From an uncultured Alphaproteobacteria bacterium (lineage in GTDB: Bacteria; Pseudomonadota; Alphaproteobacteria; HIMB59; GCA-002718135): 64,000 bases of DNA. The stretch covers positions 58,240 to 122,239 of the forward strand of contig CACBQR010000001.1 of the NCBI GenBank assembly GCA_902541435.1, in the 5' to 3' direction. A program made the translations under genes and the position numbers. The notes below the pieces were generated by a model. The model worked only from the letters and a program-made list of their open reading frames with translations. It did no database searches and was not told where the DNA came from. Every line of letters starts with the position of its first letter. Within the stretch, counting starts at the first letter, position 1. Below, piece by piece: positions 53,711 through 63,731 of this stretch.

Positions 53711-54505
53711 TTATAGACCCCAACTTTTTGGTAGTTTATCATTTATTATATTTTTCATAATAAAATTTAGTGTTTTTTTTAAATCATAATTATCATCGGC
53801 TAAGCACCTAATTATAATCTTATCATCAAATTTTGTCATTTCACAATAATGATTTTCTAAGTTTTTTATAATTTTACTTAACTCAGACTCAAGTTGATGA
53901 ATAATATCACCAAAAATTAAAATTGTTGATAAAGATGATTGATTATTAAAGGTATAATTGTTTTTAAAATTATCAATCGTTGATCCTTTTATATTAATTG
54001 CTTCAAAATGCTTTATTGTAGAATTTTTAATAATTTTCCATTGATCAGAGAAAGAAATATTTTTAATTTTTTCAGACATTGCTTTTCTTCCAAAAATCGT
54101 AGTTTCACAAAAAATCAAATTAGAATTATTTGATAGATTAATATTTATACTTCTTCTTAATTTTGAATTATCAAATAAAATTAACTCTTTGGGCAACCAA
54201 TACAAAGTTGAATTATTTAAATTGATATTTATGTCTACTTTAGCAGGATCACCTATTCCTGAATAAATCTTTTCAGCGGCTTGCGTACAAATACTTAATT
54301 CAGAATTATGAATTGTAGCATTAATTTCAATATTATCATTACAAGTAATTCCTCCTGCAGTGTTAATTAAAACTAATTCTTTACTTTTATTATAATCATT
54401 TGGATTTAAAATTTTACAACATCCACTTTGAAAATATTTTTTAAAATTATTATCAAATAATTCAATATTAATTTCCCCATTTGACCTTTGTAGTAATTTG
54501 TCCAT
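53711..54505 (-). CDS. ureD: Urease accessory protein UreD
   Basis: First gene of the ure cluster, 264 aa, with UreD-like length and position. Confidence 0.8.
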   Translation of the reverse strand: MDKLLQRSNGEINIELFDNNFKKYFQSGCCKILNPNDYNKSKELVLINTAGGITCNDNIEINATIHNSELSICTQAAEKIYSGIGDPAKVDININLNNSTLYWLPKELILFDNSKLRRSININLSNNSNLIFCETTIFGRKAMSEKIKNISFSDQWKIIKNSTIKHFEAINIKGSTIDNFKNNYTFNNQSSLSTILIFGDIIHQLESELSKIIKNLENHYCEMTKFDDKIIIRCLADDNYDLKKTLNFIMKNIINDKLPKSWGL

Positions 54506-54554
54506 AATTATTCAATTAAGTATAATCGAAACAAAATATATGAAAATGAATATT

Positions 54555-54631
54555 TGGCGTGCCCGGCATGATTCGAACATGCGGCCCCCAGATTAGGAAT
54601 CTGGTGCTCTATCCTACTGAGCTACGGGCAC
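54555..54631 (-). tRNA. tRNA-Arg (anticodon CCT)
   Basis: The reverse complement GTGCCCGTAGCTCAGTAGGATAGAGCACCAGATTCCTAATCTGGGGGCCGCATGTTCGAATCATGCCGGGCACGCCA folds as a 77-nt cloverleaf. The anticodon loop is TTCCTAA and the CCA end is encoded. Confidence 0.95.
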
Positions 54632-54638
54632 TCCTTTT

Positions 54639-54923
54639 TTAATTTTTATGATTTAATGTTACTTCACCAGTCTTTGTATCAACAACATCAAAAGTTTTTT
54701 CATTATTACTCATTCTTTTAGCTCTAGCTGCAGAAGCACGCTCCATTGCATCATTATCAGCATATAAAGATACAGCCATTACAGTTGTATCACTTGCACG
54801 AATTTGTAGTAATTGTTGTGCTTCAGGAAATTCACTTGGTGCTTTTGCTGAATAATCTTTAATAGATTCATCAGCATCTTCTTTAGATTTAAAGTTAATT
54901 GTTGTTATTCTTGCTACTGTCAT
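54639..54923 (-). CDS. Hypothetical small alpha+beta protein (ABM-like?)
   Basis: 94-aa ORF at the distal end of the ABC transporter operon. Confidence 0.5.
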   Translation of the reverse strand: MTVARITTINFKSKEDADESIKDYSAKAPSEFPEAQQLLQIRASDTTVMAVSLYADNDAMERASAARAKRMSNNEKTFDVVDTKTGEVTLNHKN

Positions 54924-54946
54924 TTTTCCTCCTTCATTTTATTCAA

Positions 54947-55777
54947 TTATTTAACTGCTCCTTCAGTTAAACCAGATACAAAATATTTTCCAATAAATAC
55001 AAATAATAATATCACTGGTAAACTTGCAAGAACAGCTCCAGATAATAAAAAACCCCAATCAATTTGATATTGACCAACAATTCCAGCTAGACCAACAGGT
55101 AAGGTTTTTAGATCATCGCCACTTATTAATATTGACGCAAAAAGATATTCTGTCCAAGAAATAATAAAGCAAAAAATTGCTACACTCGCTATACCTGGGG
55201 CAGCTAGAGGAACAATAATTCTAGAAATTACGATATATCTAGATGCGCCATCAATATATGCCGCCTCCTCTATCTCATTAGGAATTAATTTAAAGAAAGC
55301 TTTTAACATCCAAACCGCAAATGGAGTGGCAAATAAAACATTAACAACAATCAAAGCAAAATAACTGTTAAGTAGATTTACTTTTGCAAACAATAAATAA
55401 ATAGGTACTAATAAAATTACTCCTGGAAAAGCATAAGTAACTAGAAGCGAGTATTCTACAAATTTATTTCCATAAAATTTAAGTTTATGTAAGCCATAAG
55501 CTGCTGATACAGATAAAATGATGGAAATTATCATAGAAGAAAATGAAACTATTAAACTATTTTTTAAATATATAAAAAAATCTGAGTTAAATAATATTTT
55601 ATTATAATGCTCTAAAGTAAAAGATCTTGGAATAATAGTTGTAGATGTAGCAATAATTTCTTCAGGGCTTTTAAAAGATGATGTAATTATCCAAAAAAAA
55701 GGAAAGAAAAAAATAAGTATTATTAATAATAAAGATAAGCTTAAAAATATAAGTTTGATATTATTTTCTTTAATCAT
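54947..55777 (-). CDS. Carbohydrate-type ABC transporter permease (MalG/UgpE-like)
   Basis: 6 TM helices and the EAA loop EIEEAAYIDGASRYIVISRIIVPLAAPG. Confidence 0.85.
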   Translation of the reverse strand: MIKENNIKLIFLSLSLLLIILIFFFPFFWIITSSFKSPEEIIATSTTIIPRSFTLEHYNKILFNSDFFIYLKNSLIVSFSSMIISIILSVSAAYGLHKLKFYGNKFVEYSLLVTYAFPGVILLVPIYLLFAKVNLLNSYFALIVVNVLFATPFAVWMLKAFFKLIPNEIEEAAYIDGASRYIVISRIIVPLAAPGIASVAIFCFIISWTEYLFASILISGDDLKTLPVGLAGIVGQYQIDWGFLLSGAVLASLPVILLFVFIGKYFVSGLTEGAVK

Positions 55778-56642
55778 CTTCTTTTGGCGCCATGGATTTG
55801 ATAAATATTATTGAAAATAGTAATAACAAAAAGCTAGTAACTATTGATAAGGTCGCAGCTTGACTAATTCTAAATTTAGTAAACGCAGTTTCATAAATTA
55901 ATAACGGTAATGTAGTTGTAGCACTTGATGGTCCGCCCTTTGTGATTAACCATATAATGTCAAATATATTAAATGATAGTAATGTACCAACTAGACCTAA
56001 AACAAAAAGAACACTTTTAAGGTTTGGAAATGTAATGAAAAGAAATTGTTGAACAAAATTCGCTCCATCAACTTTAGATGCATCATACATTTCCCTATTT
56101 ATAGAATTAAGCCCAGAAAGAATAATTAATGCTAGAAAAGGACTCCAACGCCATGAGTTTATTAGAACTAAACTTATAAAAGCTTTATTAGGAGAACTAA
56201 AGAAACCCGTTGCTTCATCTAATAATCCAATATCAATTAAAACTGAATTTATTACACCACTACTACTACTTAACATTAATTTCCAAATAACAACAACAAC
56301 TACTGTTGGAATAATAAATGACAAAATAATCCAATTAGCCATAATTTTTTTACCAGGGAATTTATAGTTGATAGTTAAGGCAATAGTGAATGCAAAAAAT
56401 GTCTGACAGATTGCATTACCAATTATCCAATAGAAACTATTTAATGAAGCATTTAAAAATTTAGATTTACCAAATAGTTTTATGTAGTTATCAATACCTA
56501 CAAATTTTCCTGATGTACCAATTATCTTGACATTAAACAAACTTAATTCAAATGCTATATAAATTGGAACTAAAATAATAAGGGAAATCCAAATGACTAA
56601 TGGAGATACAAACAGCCAACCTTCAATATTATTTTTTTTCAC
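55770..56642 (-). CDS. Carbohydrate-type ABC transporter permease (MalF/UgpA-like)
   Basis: 6 TM helices and the EAA-like loop YDASKVDGANFVQQFLFITFPNLK. Confidence 0.85.
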   Translation of the reverse strand: MKKNNIEGWLFVSPLVIWISLIILVPIYIAFELSLFNVKIIGTSGKFVGIDNYIKLFGKSKFLNASLNSFYWIIGNAICQTFFAFTIALTINYKFPGKKIMANWIILSFIIPTVVVVVIWKLMLSSSSGVINSVLIDIGLLDEATGFFSSPNKAFISLVLINSWRWSPFLALIILSGLNSINREMYDASKVDGANFVQQFLFITFPNLKSVLFVLGLVGTLLSFNIFDIIWLITKGGPSSATTTLPLLIYETAFTKFRISQAATLSIVTSFLLLLFSIIFIKSMAPKEDD

Positions 56643-56686
56643 AAAAATGACAGCACCTCAAAGAGAGGTGCTGAAAATGTTATAAA

Positions 56687-57958
56687 TTATTCAATAGCTT
56701 CAGTCATTATTTCCATACCTTCACTAACTGCATCTTTTGCACTTTTGCCATCGATTAAAGTTAGTTGAAGAGTTTGAGCTAATAAATTCTGAGCAGATAT
56801 AGATGATATGCTTGTAAAAGTATTACCATTTGTAAAACCAAATAGACTTCCTCTTGTTGAATTGTCTAACATTGTTTCTACTTGTGATTTATATTTTACA
56901 ACAACCGGATCATCCCAATAAGTTGAATCTTTACTTCCAGCTTCAGTTATTGGTAAAAATAATCCTGGCTCCATGTTGATGAATCTTCCATAATTTCCAG
57001 GCTCCATTAAGAAACTTAGAAACTTTTTAGAAGCTTCCATTTTTGCCTCATCTGCTGTCATTATCATTGCAGAATTTACATATGAAACAGTTCCAGCTCT
57101 ATGAGCTTTACCGTTTGCGTGAGGTATTTGAATTACACCTAAGTCACTAGCATCTCCACCAGCTTGTGAATCATATGTAGAGATAACAGTAAACTGTAAT
57201 ATCATTGCACAGCCTTTACTTGCAAAACAAGCTTCAGCTTCGCCCCAAGTCCAGTTTGCTGCATCAGGAGCTGAATATTGATATAATTCTTTATAAACAT
57301 CGTATGCTGCTACAGTTTGAGGATTATCAAATCTTAGAGTACCATCAGAATTATAAATTTCTTCTGCACCTGAGTTAACCATAAAACTATAGATTGTTTG
57401 ATCAGTATAAAGCTGTTTATTGCCAGGAAGGCCTATTCCATAAACTCCATCTTTAGTCAGAGCTTTAGCAGCTTTCTTTAAATCAGACCAAGTTTTTGGT
57501 GGCTCAATTCCAGCCGCTTCAAAATCACTTTTTCTATACCATAGTGATAAACCCATGTTCCATAAAGGAACAGCCCAGGTATGACCATTATAAGTATATT
57601 GATCGAGTGCTTTTTGGTAAAAACCATATTTTGAATCTAACTCTGCAACAAAATCCTCAACTGGTTGTGCTGCACCCATATCGGCGAGTATGGGAGTAAA
57701 ATCTGGAATACCAACTAATATTTCTGGTGCAGTTCCAGCAGCAACTGATGCAGGAGCTTTAGCATAAATTTCACCCCAATTTTGAACTTCTTGTGTTACA
57801 TTAATATCTGGATTTGCAGAATTAAATTCATCTATTAATGTTTGAATTCTATCTACTCTATGCGGAACACCTTCCATATGCCAAAAAGTAACATTTGTTA
57901 CAGCATAAGCATTCAAAGAAAATAGAATTGTAATAAAAAATAGTAATATTTTATTCAT
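56687..57958 (-). CDS. ABC transporter extracellular solute-binding protein (family 1, sugar-type)
   Basis: Signal peptide MNKILLFFITILFSLNAYA. 423 aa, located upstream of the two permease genes. Confidence 0.85.
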   Translation of the reverse strand: MNKILLFFITILFSLNAYAVTNVTFWHMEGVPHRVDRIQTLIDEFNSANPDINVTQEVQNWGEIYAKAPASVAAGTAPEILVGIPDFTPILADMGAAQPVEDFVAELDSKYGFYQKALDQYTYNGHTWAVPLWNMGLSLWYRKSDFEAAGIEPPKTWSDLKKAAKALTKDGVYGIGLPGNKQLYTDQTIYSFMVNSGAEEIYNSDGTLRFDNPQTVAAYDVYKELYQYSAPDAANWTWGEAEACFASKGCAMILQFTVISTYDSQAGGDASDLGVIQIPHANGKAHRAGTVSYVNSAMIMTADEAKMEASKKFLSFLMEPGNYGRFINMEPGLFLPITEAGSKDSTYWDDPVVVKYKSQVETMLDNSTRGSLFGFTNGNTFTSISSISAQNLLAQTLQLTLIDGKSAKDAVSEGMEIMTEAIE

Positions 57959-58029
57959 TTTTCCTCACTTAATTTATGATTAATATTTTAATATCAATAT
58001 ACTAATATTATCAACTAAATTTAAAACTT

Positions 58030-59517
58030 TCACCAAATATTATTTAATGACTCTCTTAATTTTTTATATTTTTGATATTTATTATTAAGATATTTGGAAT
58101 GTTTTCTTTGTGGTGTGTAAATATGACCAATATTTTGGTGATCATTAATTAAATTTTTTAAATCTTTTTTATGTAAATAACTGTCAATTAAGAATGAAAT
58201 ACCTAATGCACCTAATTCGGAATTATTTAAAATTTTAACTTTAGTATTTAAAACATTTGAAATTAATTGAGGTAAAACTTTACTTTTTGATGCACCTCCT
58301 GCAAGATAAAGACTGTCCTTAGTTTTAATTTTATTCGCATAACAATCCTTAATAGATAATGCTAAACCTTCATAACAAGCAGTCATAACATCAAAATTTT
58401 TATGATGTGGTAAAATGCCAAAAATTTCAGCTTTAGAATTTAAATTCACAAATGGAGATATTGATCCTCCATAATTTATATAAGGTAGAAATATCAATGA
58501 ATTTTCTGGATATTTAAAAGTTAAATATTTTTTTTCAAAATTATTAATTATTTTAATTTTTTGTGAATATTTTTTTGGATTTTTGTAAAAATTATCAATG
58601 ACCCAATCAATATTAGTTGTACCTGCAACATTTATTTTAGTTTCTAACCATGTATTATTTAAAGAAGCAAAAAATAAACCTGAACCATCTTGAGAAATTT
58701 TCGAATTATTTTTAACTATGATATTATGACATGTAGTTCCAATAATACTTATTTTTTTGTTATGATTAATTCCACCAGCCCCTAGAATAGAAGCTATTAC
58801 ATCACCACATCCTATAATGACTGGAGTACCAACTTTTAAACTTGTTAATTTTGATGCACTCTTAGTAACGAATCCTCCTAATTCATTTGATTTTTTTATT
58901 TCTGGGAAAAGTTTAAAATATTTAGTACTTAGGTTAAAAATTTTGAAGATTTTTTTTGATAATTTTTTATTTTTTATATCTCCTGGGTATACTGAAACTT
59001 CTGTTTCATCATTATTTATATTCCCTGTTAATTTAAATCTTAACCAATCTTTACACGTTAAGATGTATTTAATTTTCTTTAAATTTTCACTTTCAAATTT
59101 AGTCATCCACTTTAGGATCGGTATAGTACAGCCATATTGTGTGATAGAGCCTGTAATTTTATAAATTTGATCAAATATTTTTTTATTAGTGAAAATTTTT
59201 TGGCTTCTTGTGTCATTCCACAAAATTGCATTTCTTACTGGTTTATTTTTATTATTAATTGACCAAAACCCAACCATATTTCCAGTTATGCCTAAACCAG
59301 CAATTGATTGTGACTGAATTTTAGATTTTTTTATTAAATGTTTAATACATTTTGCGGTAAGTGACCAAAATTTTTCCATTTCAATTTCAGATTTACCAAA
59401 CTTATCAGTTATTACTGGGTTTTTAACACTATAAGAATTTATGTGTTTGAAATTTGTATTGAATATTACAGTCTTTATTACTGAAGTCCCAGCATCAATT
59501 GCAATATAATATTTCAA
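58030..59517 (-). CDS. FGGY-family carbohydrate kinase
   Basis: N-terminal IAIDAGTSVIKTVIF and C-terminal LAGGASKSKV motifs. Confidence 0.85.
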   Translation of the reverse strand: MKYYIAIDAGTSVIKTVIFNTNFKHINSYSVKNPVITDKFGKSEIEMEKFWSLTAKCIKHLIKKSKIQSQSIAGLGITGNMVGFWSINNKNKPVRNAILWNDTRSQKIFTNKKIFDQIYKITGSITQYGCTIPILKWMTKFESENLKKIKYILTCKDWLRFKLTGNINNDETEVSVYPGDIKNKKLSKKIFKIFNLSTKYFKLFPEIKKSNELGGFVTKSASKLTSLKVGTPVIIGCGDVIASILGAGGINHNKKISIIGTTCHNIIVKNNSKISQDGSGLFFASLNNTWLETKINVAGTTNIDWVIDNFYKNPKKYSQKIKIINNFEKKYLTFKYPENSLIFLPYINYGGSISPFVNLNSKAEIFGILPHHKNFDVMTACYEGLALSIKDCYANKIKTKDSLYLAGGASKSKVLPQLISNVLNTKVKILNNSELGALGISFLIDSYLHKKDLKNLINDHQNIGHIYTPQRKHSKYLNNKYQKYKKLRESLNNIW

Positions 59518-59533
59518 AAGTTATCTCTTATAT

Positions 59534-59713
59534 TTACAACCACGAATAACCAACACAAACTAAAGCTATAATTAAAAAAAAATTCATAACTCTTTTTCTA
59601 TTTTTAACTTGTTGATCATCTAAATTTTTATTTCTAGAGAGATAATATACGTAACATCCGATTGCGAATGCTACAAATCCTCCAAGATAGGCATACCATT
59701 GTAAGTCAGTCAT
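59534..59713 (-). CDS. Possible small two-TM protein (59 aa), not in the ORF track
   Basis: Hand-translated: MTDLQWYAYLGGFVAFAIGCYVYYLSRNKNLDDQQVKNRKRVMNFFLIIALVCVGYSWL. No clear SD. Confidence 0.35.
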   Translation of the reverse strand: MTDLQWYAYLGGFVAFAIGCYVYYLSRNKNLDDQQVKNRKRVMNFFLIIALVCVGYSWL

Positions 59714-59886
59714 TTATTAATATTATATATTATTATATAAAAATATTATCAAATACAGAAAGCAACATTTACTTTAAAATATTACAAACATTGCTAATTA
59801 TTGATTAATGTGAACTATGTATAAAATTTACAAGACTTATTTAATCAATTTTTATAAGGATAATTTTTTAATTTTAAAAATATGAT

Positions 59887-61662
59887 ATGAAAAAAGATTC
59901 TACTTTCTTTAGTACATCAAAATTATTACTCCCTTATTTATGGCCCAAAAGCAGAAAAGATCTTAGAATAAGAGTAGTTTTAGCTGGGTTGAGTATGATA
60001 TTAGCAAAAGTAGCTAGCGTTTATACACCTTTAATCCTTGGAAATGCTGTTGATTCACTTAATGATTTAAGTAGTGGTATAAATTTATTATTATATGTTC
60101 CGATTGCTATTATTATATCTTATGGAATTGTAAGAATAGCTTCATTTGCTTTTAATGAAATCAGAGACGCTCTTTTTTCTAAAGTATCTCAAAATGCTAT
60201 TAGAAGAGTAAGTCTAAAAGTTTTCAAACATTTACATTTTTTGTCTTTAGATTTCCATCTTTCAAGACAGACTGGAGGTCTTAATAGATTTATTGATAGG
60301 GGGACAAAAGGAATAGATTTTTTATTACGCTATGTTCTATTTAATGTAGTTCCAACATTTATTGAGCTAGTTCTTGTTATATTTATTTTACTTACCTTAT
60401 ACGGATTTGAATACGCAATCATAACTTTTATTACTATTTCTATCTATGTTATTTTAACATTTACAATTACTCAATGGAGATTGCAATTTAGAAAAGATAT
60501 GAATTTAGCAGATAATGCTGCAAGTACTAAAATGATTGATAGTCTTCTTAATTTTGAAACTGTTAAATATTTTAATAACGAAAATCATGAGTTTAAAAGA
60601 TTAGATGAGTCACTAGAAAAATATGAAAACGCAGCAAACAAGAACAGGACATCCTTATCTCTTTTAAATATTAGCCAAACATTTGTAATAATGATTGGAA
60701 TAACTTTTATGCTTGTTTTAACAGTATTTGGAATTCAGAATAAAACTATAACTGTTGGCGGTTTTGTAGTTATCAATGCTTATATGCTTCAACTCTATCA
60801 GCCATTAAATTTTCTAGGAACTATTTATCGCGAAATAAGACAATCGTTAGTTGATATGGAAAATATGTTTAATCTTTTAAAAGAAAAAAATAATATTGAT
60901 GATAGTGGAAGTGAACATTTAAATAACAATAATGCAGAAATAATTTTTAAAAATATTTTTTTTGGATATGAAAATAAAAGAACAATTATCAAAAATATAT
61001 CCTTTAGTATACCAGAAGGTAAATCTTTAGCGATAGTTGGACCAACTGGTGCAGGGAAATCAACAATAAGTAAATTATTGTTTCGTTTTTATGATCCAGA
61101 TAGTGGAGAAATATTAATTAATAAGAAAAATATAAAAAAATACAAACAAAACTCATTAAGACAAATGATAGGTGTCGTCCCCCAGGATACAGTTTTATTC
61201 AATGACACAATTTTTTATAATATTTCTTATGGTTTGATAAACTCAAGTGAAGAAGATGTAATAAATGCAGCAAAAATTGCTGGTATCCATGATTTTATTG
61301 AAAGTATTCCTGATAAATACAATACTATTGTGGGTGAGAGAGGTCTTAAATTATCTGGAGGAGAAAAACAAAGAGTTGCTATAGCAAGAGCTGTTTTAAA
61401 AAATCCATCAATCCTCTTTTTTGATGAAGCAACATCAGCATTAGACACTAATACAGAAAAAGAAATAAATAAAAATTTAAACAAAATATCTCAAGGTAAA
61501 ACCACATTAATTATAGCTCATAGACTCTCAACTGTGTCAAATGCAGATAAAATAATTGTTATAGATAAAGGAAATATTGTTGAAGAAGGAGATCATTCAA
61601 GCCTACTAAATAAAGATGGGTTATACGCATTAATGTGGAATAAACAAAAACATCAAAATTAA
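59887..61662 (+). CDS. ABC transporter permease/ATPase fusion, ATM1/HMT1-like exporter
   Basis: N-terminal LLPYLWPKSRKDLRIRVV, Walker A GPTGAGKST, signature LSGGEKQRVAIARA, Walker B ILFFDEATSALD. Confidence 0.85.
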   Translation: MKKDSTFFSTSKLLLPYLWPKSRKDLRIRVVLAGLSMILAKVASVYTPLILGNAVDSLNDLSSGINLLLYVPIAIIISYGIVRIASFAFNEIRDALFSKVSQNAIRRVSLKVFKHLHFLSLDFHLSRQTGGLNRFIDRGTKGIDFLLRYVLFNVVPTFIELVLVIFILLTLYGFEYAIITFITISIYVILTFTITQWRLQFRKDMNLADNAASTKMIDSLLNFETVKYFNNENHEFKRLDESLEKYENAANKNRTSLSLLNISQTFVIMIGITFMLVLTVFGIQNKTITVGGFVVINAYMLQLYQPLNFLGTIYREIRQSLVDMENMFNLLKEKNNIDDSGSEHLNNNNAEIIFKNIFFGYENKRTIIKNISFSIPEGKSLAIVGPTGAGKSTISKLLFRFYDPDSGEILINKKNIKKYKQNSLRQMIGVVPQDTVLFNDTIFYNISYGLINSSEEDVINAAKIAGIHDFIESIPDKYNTIVGERGLKLSGGEKQRVAIARAVLKNPSILFFDEATSALDTNTEKEINKNLNKISQGKTTLIIAHRLSTVSNADKIIVIDKGNIVEEGDHSSLLNKDGLYALMWNKQKHQN

Positions 61663-61734
61663 TTAAAAGTTTTTATATTATTTAAGTTTAAATAATTACT
61701 TGATGTAAAAGCTAAATATACTTAAAAAGTATTA

Positions 61735-62763
61735 ATGGCCTATAAAGCAAATAATAAAAGATATAAAAAATTAGAATACAGAAGATGTGGAAATAGCGGA
61801 TTGCTTTTACCACCTATTACACTTGGTCTATGGCATAACTTTGGTGGGAAAAAATCTATGTCAAAAGAAGCAAAGAAGATGCTTTTTAGAGCATTTGATA
61901 GAGGTGTAACTCATTTTGATTTAGCAAATAATTATGGTCCACCTGCTGGATCTGCAGAAGAAAATTTTGGTAAAGTTATGAATTCAGATTTTAAAAAATA
62001 TAGGGACGAAATGATAATATCAAGTAAGGCAGGGTATCATATGTGGGATGGTCCATATGGTGAATGGGGTTCAAAAAAATATTTAACTGCAAGCCTTGAT
62101 CAAAGTTTGAAAAGAATGAAGCTAGAATACGTAGATATTTTTTATTCTCATCGTTTTGATCCATTAACACCTTTAGAAGAGACAGCAGATGCACTAGCTC
62201 AATCAGTTACAAGTGGTAAGGCTTTATACGTAGGAATTTCATCATATAGTTCAAAACAAACAATTAAAATGAACAAGTTATTAAAAGATAGAGGTATTAG
62301 TTGTTTAATTCATCAACCATCTTACTCGATGATCAATAGATGGGTGGAAAAAGATTTATTATCTACATTAAAAAAATTAGATATTGGATGTATTGCATTC
62401 TCTCCTCTCGCACAAGGAATGTTATCGGGAAAATATTTAAAAAATATACCTAAAGTATCAAGGATTTCAGATAATTCATCTCTTGATAAAAAAATGATTA
62501 CAAAAAGTTATTTAGTTAAAATTAAAGAGTTAACAAAAATTGCAAATAAAAGAGGACAATCTTTACCTCAAATGGCACTTTCTTGGATACTTCGTCACCC
62601 AAATATGACATCAGCTCTAATTGGCGCAAGAACAGTAAAGCAATTAGATGAATGTTTAGATAGTCAAAATAATCTAACTTTTAGTAATTCTGAATTAAAA
62701 GAAATAGATAAATATGCAAAAGAAGAAAAAATTAATCTGTGGTCTAAATCAAGTACAGATTAA
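61735..62763 (+). CDS. yghZ: Aldo/keto reductase, YghZ (L-glyceraldehyde-3-phosphate reductase)-like
   Basis: The N-terminus YRRCGNSGLLLPPITLGLWHNFG closely parallels E. coli YghZ. Confidence 0.8.
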   Translation: MAYKANNKRYKKLEYRRCGNSGLLLPPITLGLWHNFGGKKSMSKEAKKMLFRAFDRGVTHFDLANNYGPPAGSAEENFGKVMNSDFKKYRDEMIISSKAGYHMWDGPYGEWGSKKYLTASLDQSLKRMKLEYVDIFYSHRFDPLTPLEETADALAQSVTSGKALYVGISSYSSKQTIKMNKLLKDRGISCLIHQPSYSMINRWVEKDLLSTLKKLDIGCIAFSPLAQGMLSGKYLKNIPKVSRISDNSSLDKKMITKSYLVKIKELTKIANKRGQSLPQMALSWILRHPNMTSALIGARTVKQLDECLDSQNNLTFSNSELKEIDKYAKEEKINLWSKSSTD

Positions 62764-62769
62764 TATTTA

Positions 62770-63693
62770 ATGAAATACAATATTTTAATAACTGACATTT
62801 TAATAAAAGATTTTGTGCATGTTTATAAAAAAAATTTTAGTGTTGATTGTTTATGGAAATTGGAGGGTAAAATTGATTTTAATAAATACCAAGGAATAGT
62901 TGTCACCGGTGGTTTTAAAACTGATAAAAAATTTCTTAAAAAATTTAAAAATCTAAAAATAGTTTCAGTATTTGGTGTTGGGTATGATGGTGTTGATTTG
63001 AATTATTGTAAAAATAATAAAATAGTTATAACAAATACACCTAAAGTTCTTACTGACGATGTTGCTGACTTAGCACTTGGCCTCATGATGTCTTTATCAA
63101 GAAAAATAAATGAGGCCCATAATTTTATTTTGAAAAAAAAATGGAGTAAAAGACCGTTTGAATTAACAACTAGCCTTACTAACAAAAAAGTAGGAATTGT
63201 AGGTATGGGTGAAATAGGTAAAGCATTTTCTAAACGAGTAAAAACACTTTCTATGAAAATAGTTTATTTTGGACCAAATAAAAAAAAATTAAAATATAAA
63301 TATTTCAAAAATTTAAAAGATATGGCTAGTGTAATTGATGTAATGGTAATTACATGTATTGGTGGAAGAAAAACAAAAGACTTAATAAACAAAACTATCT
63401 TTAAACTCATGAAGCCCTCTTCTATAATAGTAAATGTTTCAAGAGGATCTGTTATTAATGAAGTTCATTTATTAGATGCTTTGAATAAAAATTTAATATC
63501 TGGTGCGGCATTAGATGTCTTTGAAATGGAGCCAAAAATTAACAATAAATTTTTAAAATTAAAAAACGTTTTGTTATCTCCTCATAATGGAAGTGCTACT
63601 TTTGAGACAAGAGAAAAAATGGCTAATATTAGTTCACAAAATTTACTAAATTTACTATATTTAAATAAATCAAAAAACCGAGTTAAATATTAA
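62770..63693 (+). CDS. D-isomer-specific 2-hydroxyacid dehydrogenase (glyoxylate/hydroxypyruvate reductase-like)
   Basis: NAD-binding VGIVGMGEIGKA, plus ALDVFEMEP and SPHNGSAT motifs. Confidence 0.85.
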   Translation: MKYNILITDILIKDFVHVYKKNFSVDCLWKLEGKIDFNKYQGIVVTGGFKTDKKFLKKFKNLKIVSVFGVGYDGVDLNYCKNNKIVITNTPKVLTDDVADLALGLMMSLSRKINEAHNFILKKKWSKRPFELTTSLTNKKVGIVGMGEIGKAFSKRVKTLSMKIVYFGPNKKKLKYKYFKNLKDMASVIDVMVITCIGGRKTKDLINKTIFKLMKPSSIIVNVSRGSVINEVHLLDALNKNLISGAALDVFEMEPKINNKFLKLKNVLLSPHNGSATFETREKMANISSQNLLNLLYLNKSKNRVKY

Positions 63694-63731
63694 AATATTG
63701 AAATTAGTTTTTTTTTTGATAGATTTTTTGA

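Noticed and set aside
54555-54631. Direct repeat of the tRNA-Arg 3' end that would define island att sites
   Set aside because: Visual scanning of intergenic and GC-richer patches (e.g. 12367-12518, 37050-37095, 47970-48025) found no copy of the TGGCGTGCCCGGCATGATTCGAAC segment. A computational search is needed to be sure.
3137-63185. Remaining short antisense or overlapping ORFs in the track: 3137, 4916, 13618, 14574, 16154, 18334, 18766, 26208, 26797, 34116, 34875, 37608, 38730, 41820, 45223, 47372, 49008, 57496, 58817, 61227, 61991, 63003
   Set aside because: Each is embedded in, or antisense to, a longer ORF with recognisable motifs. AT-rich DNA readily yields such stop-free stretches of 60-115 codons. 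None has a convincing SD or motif.
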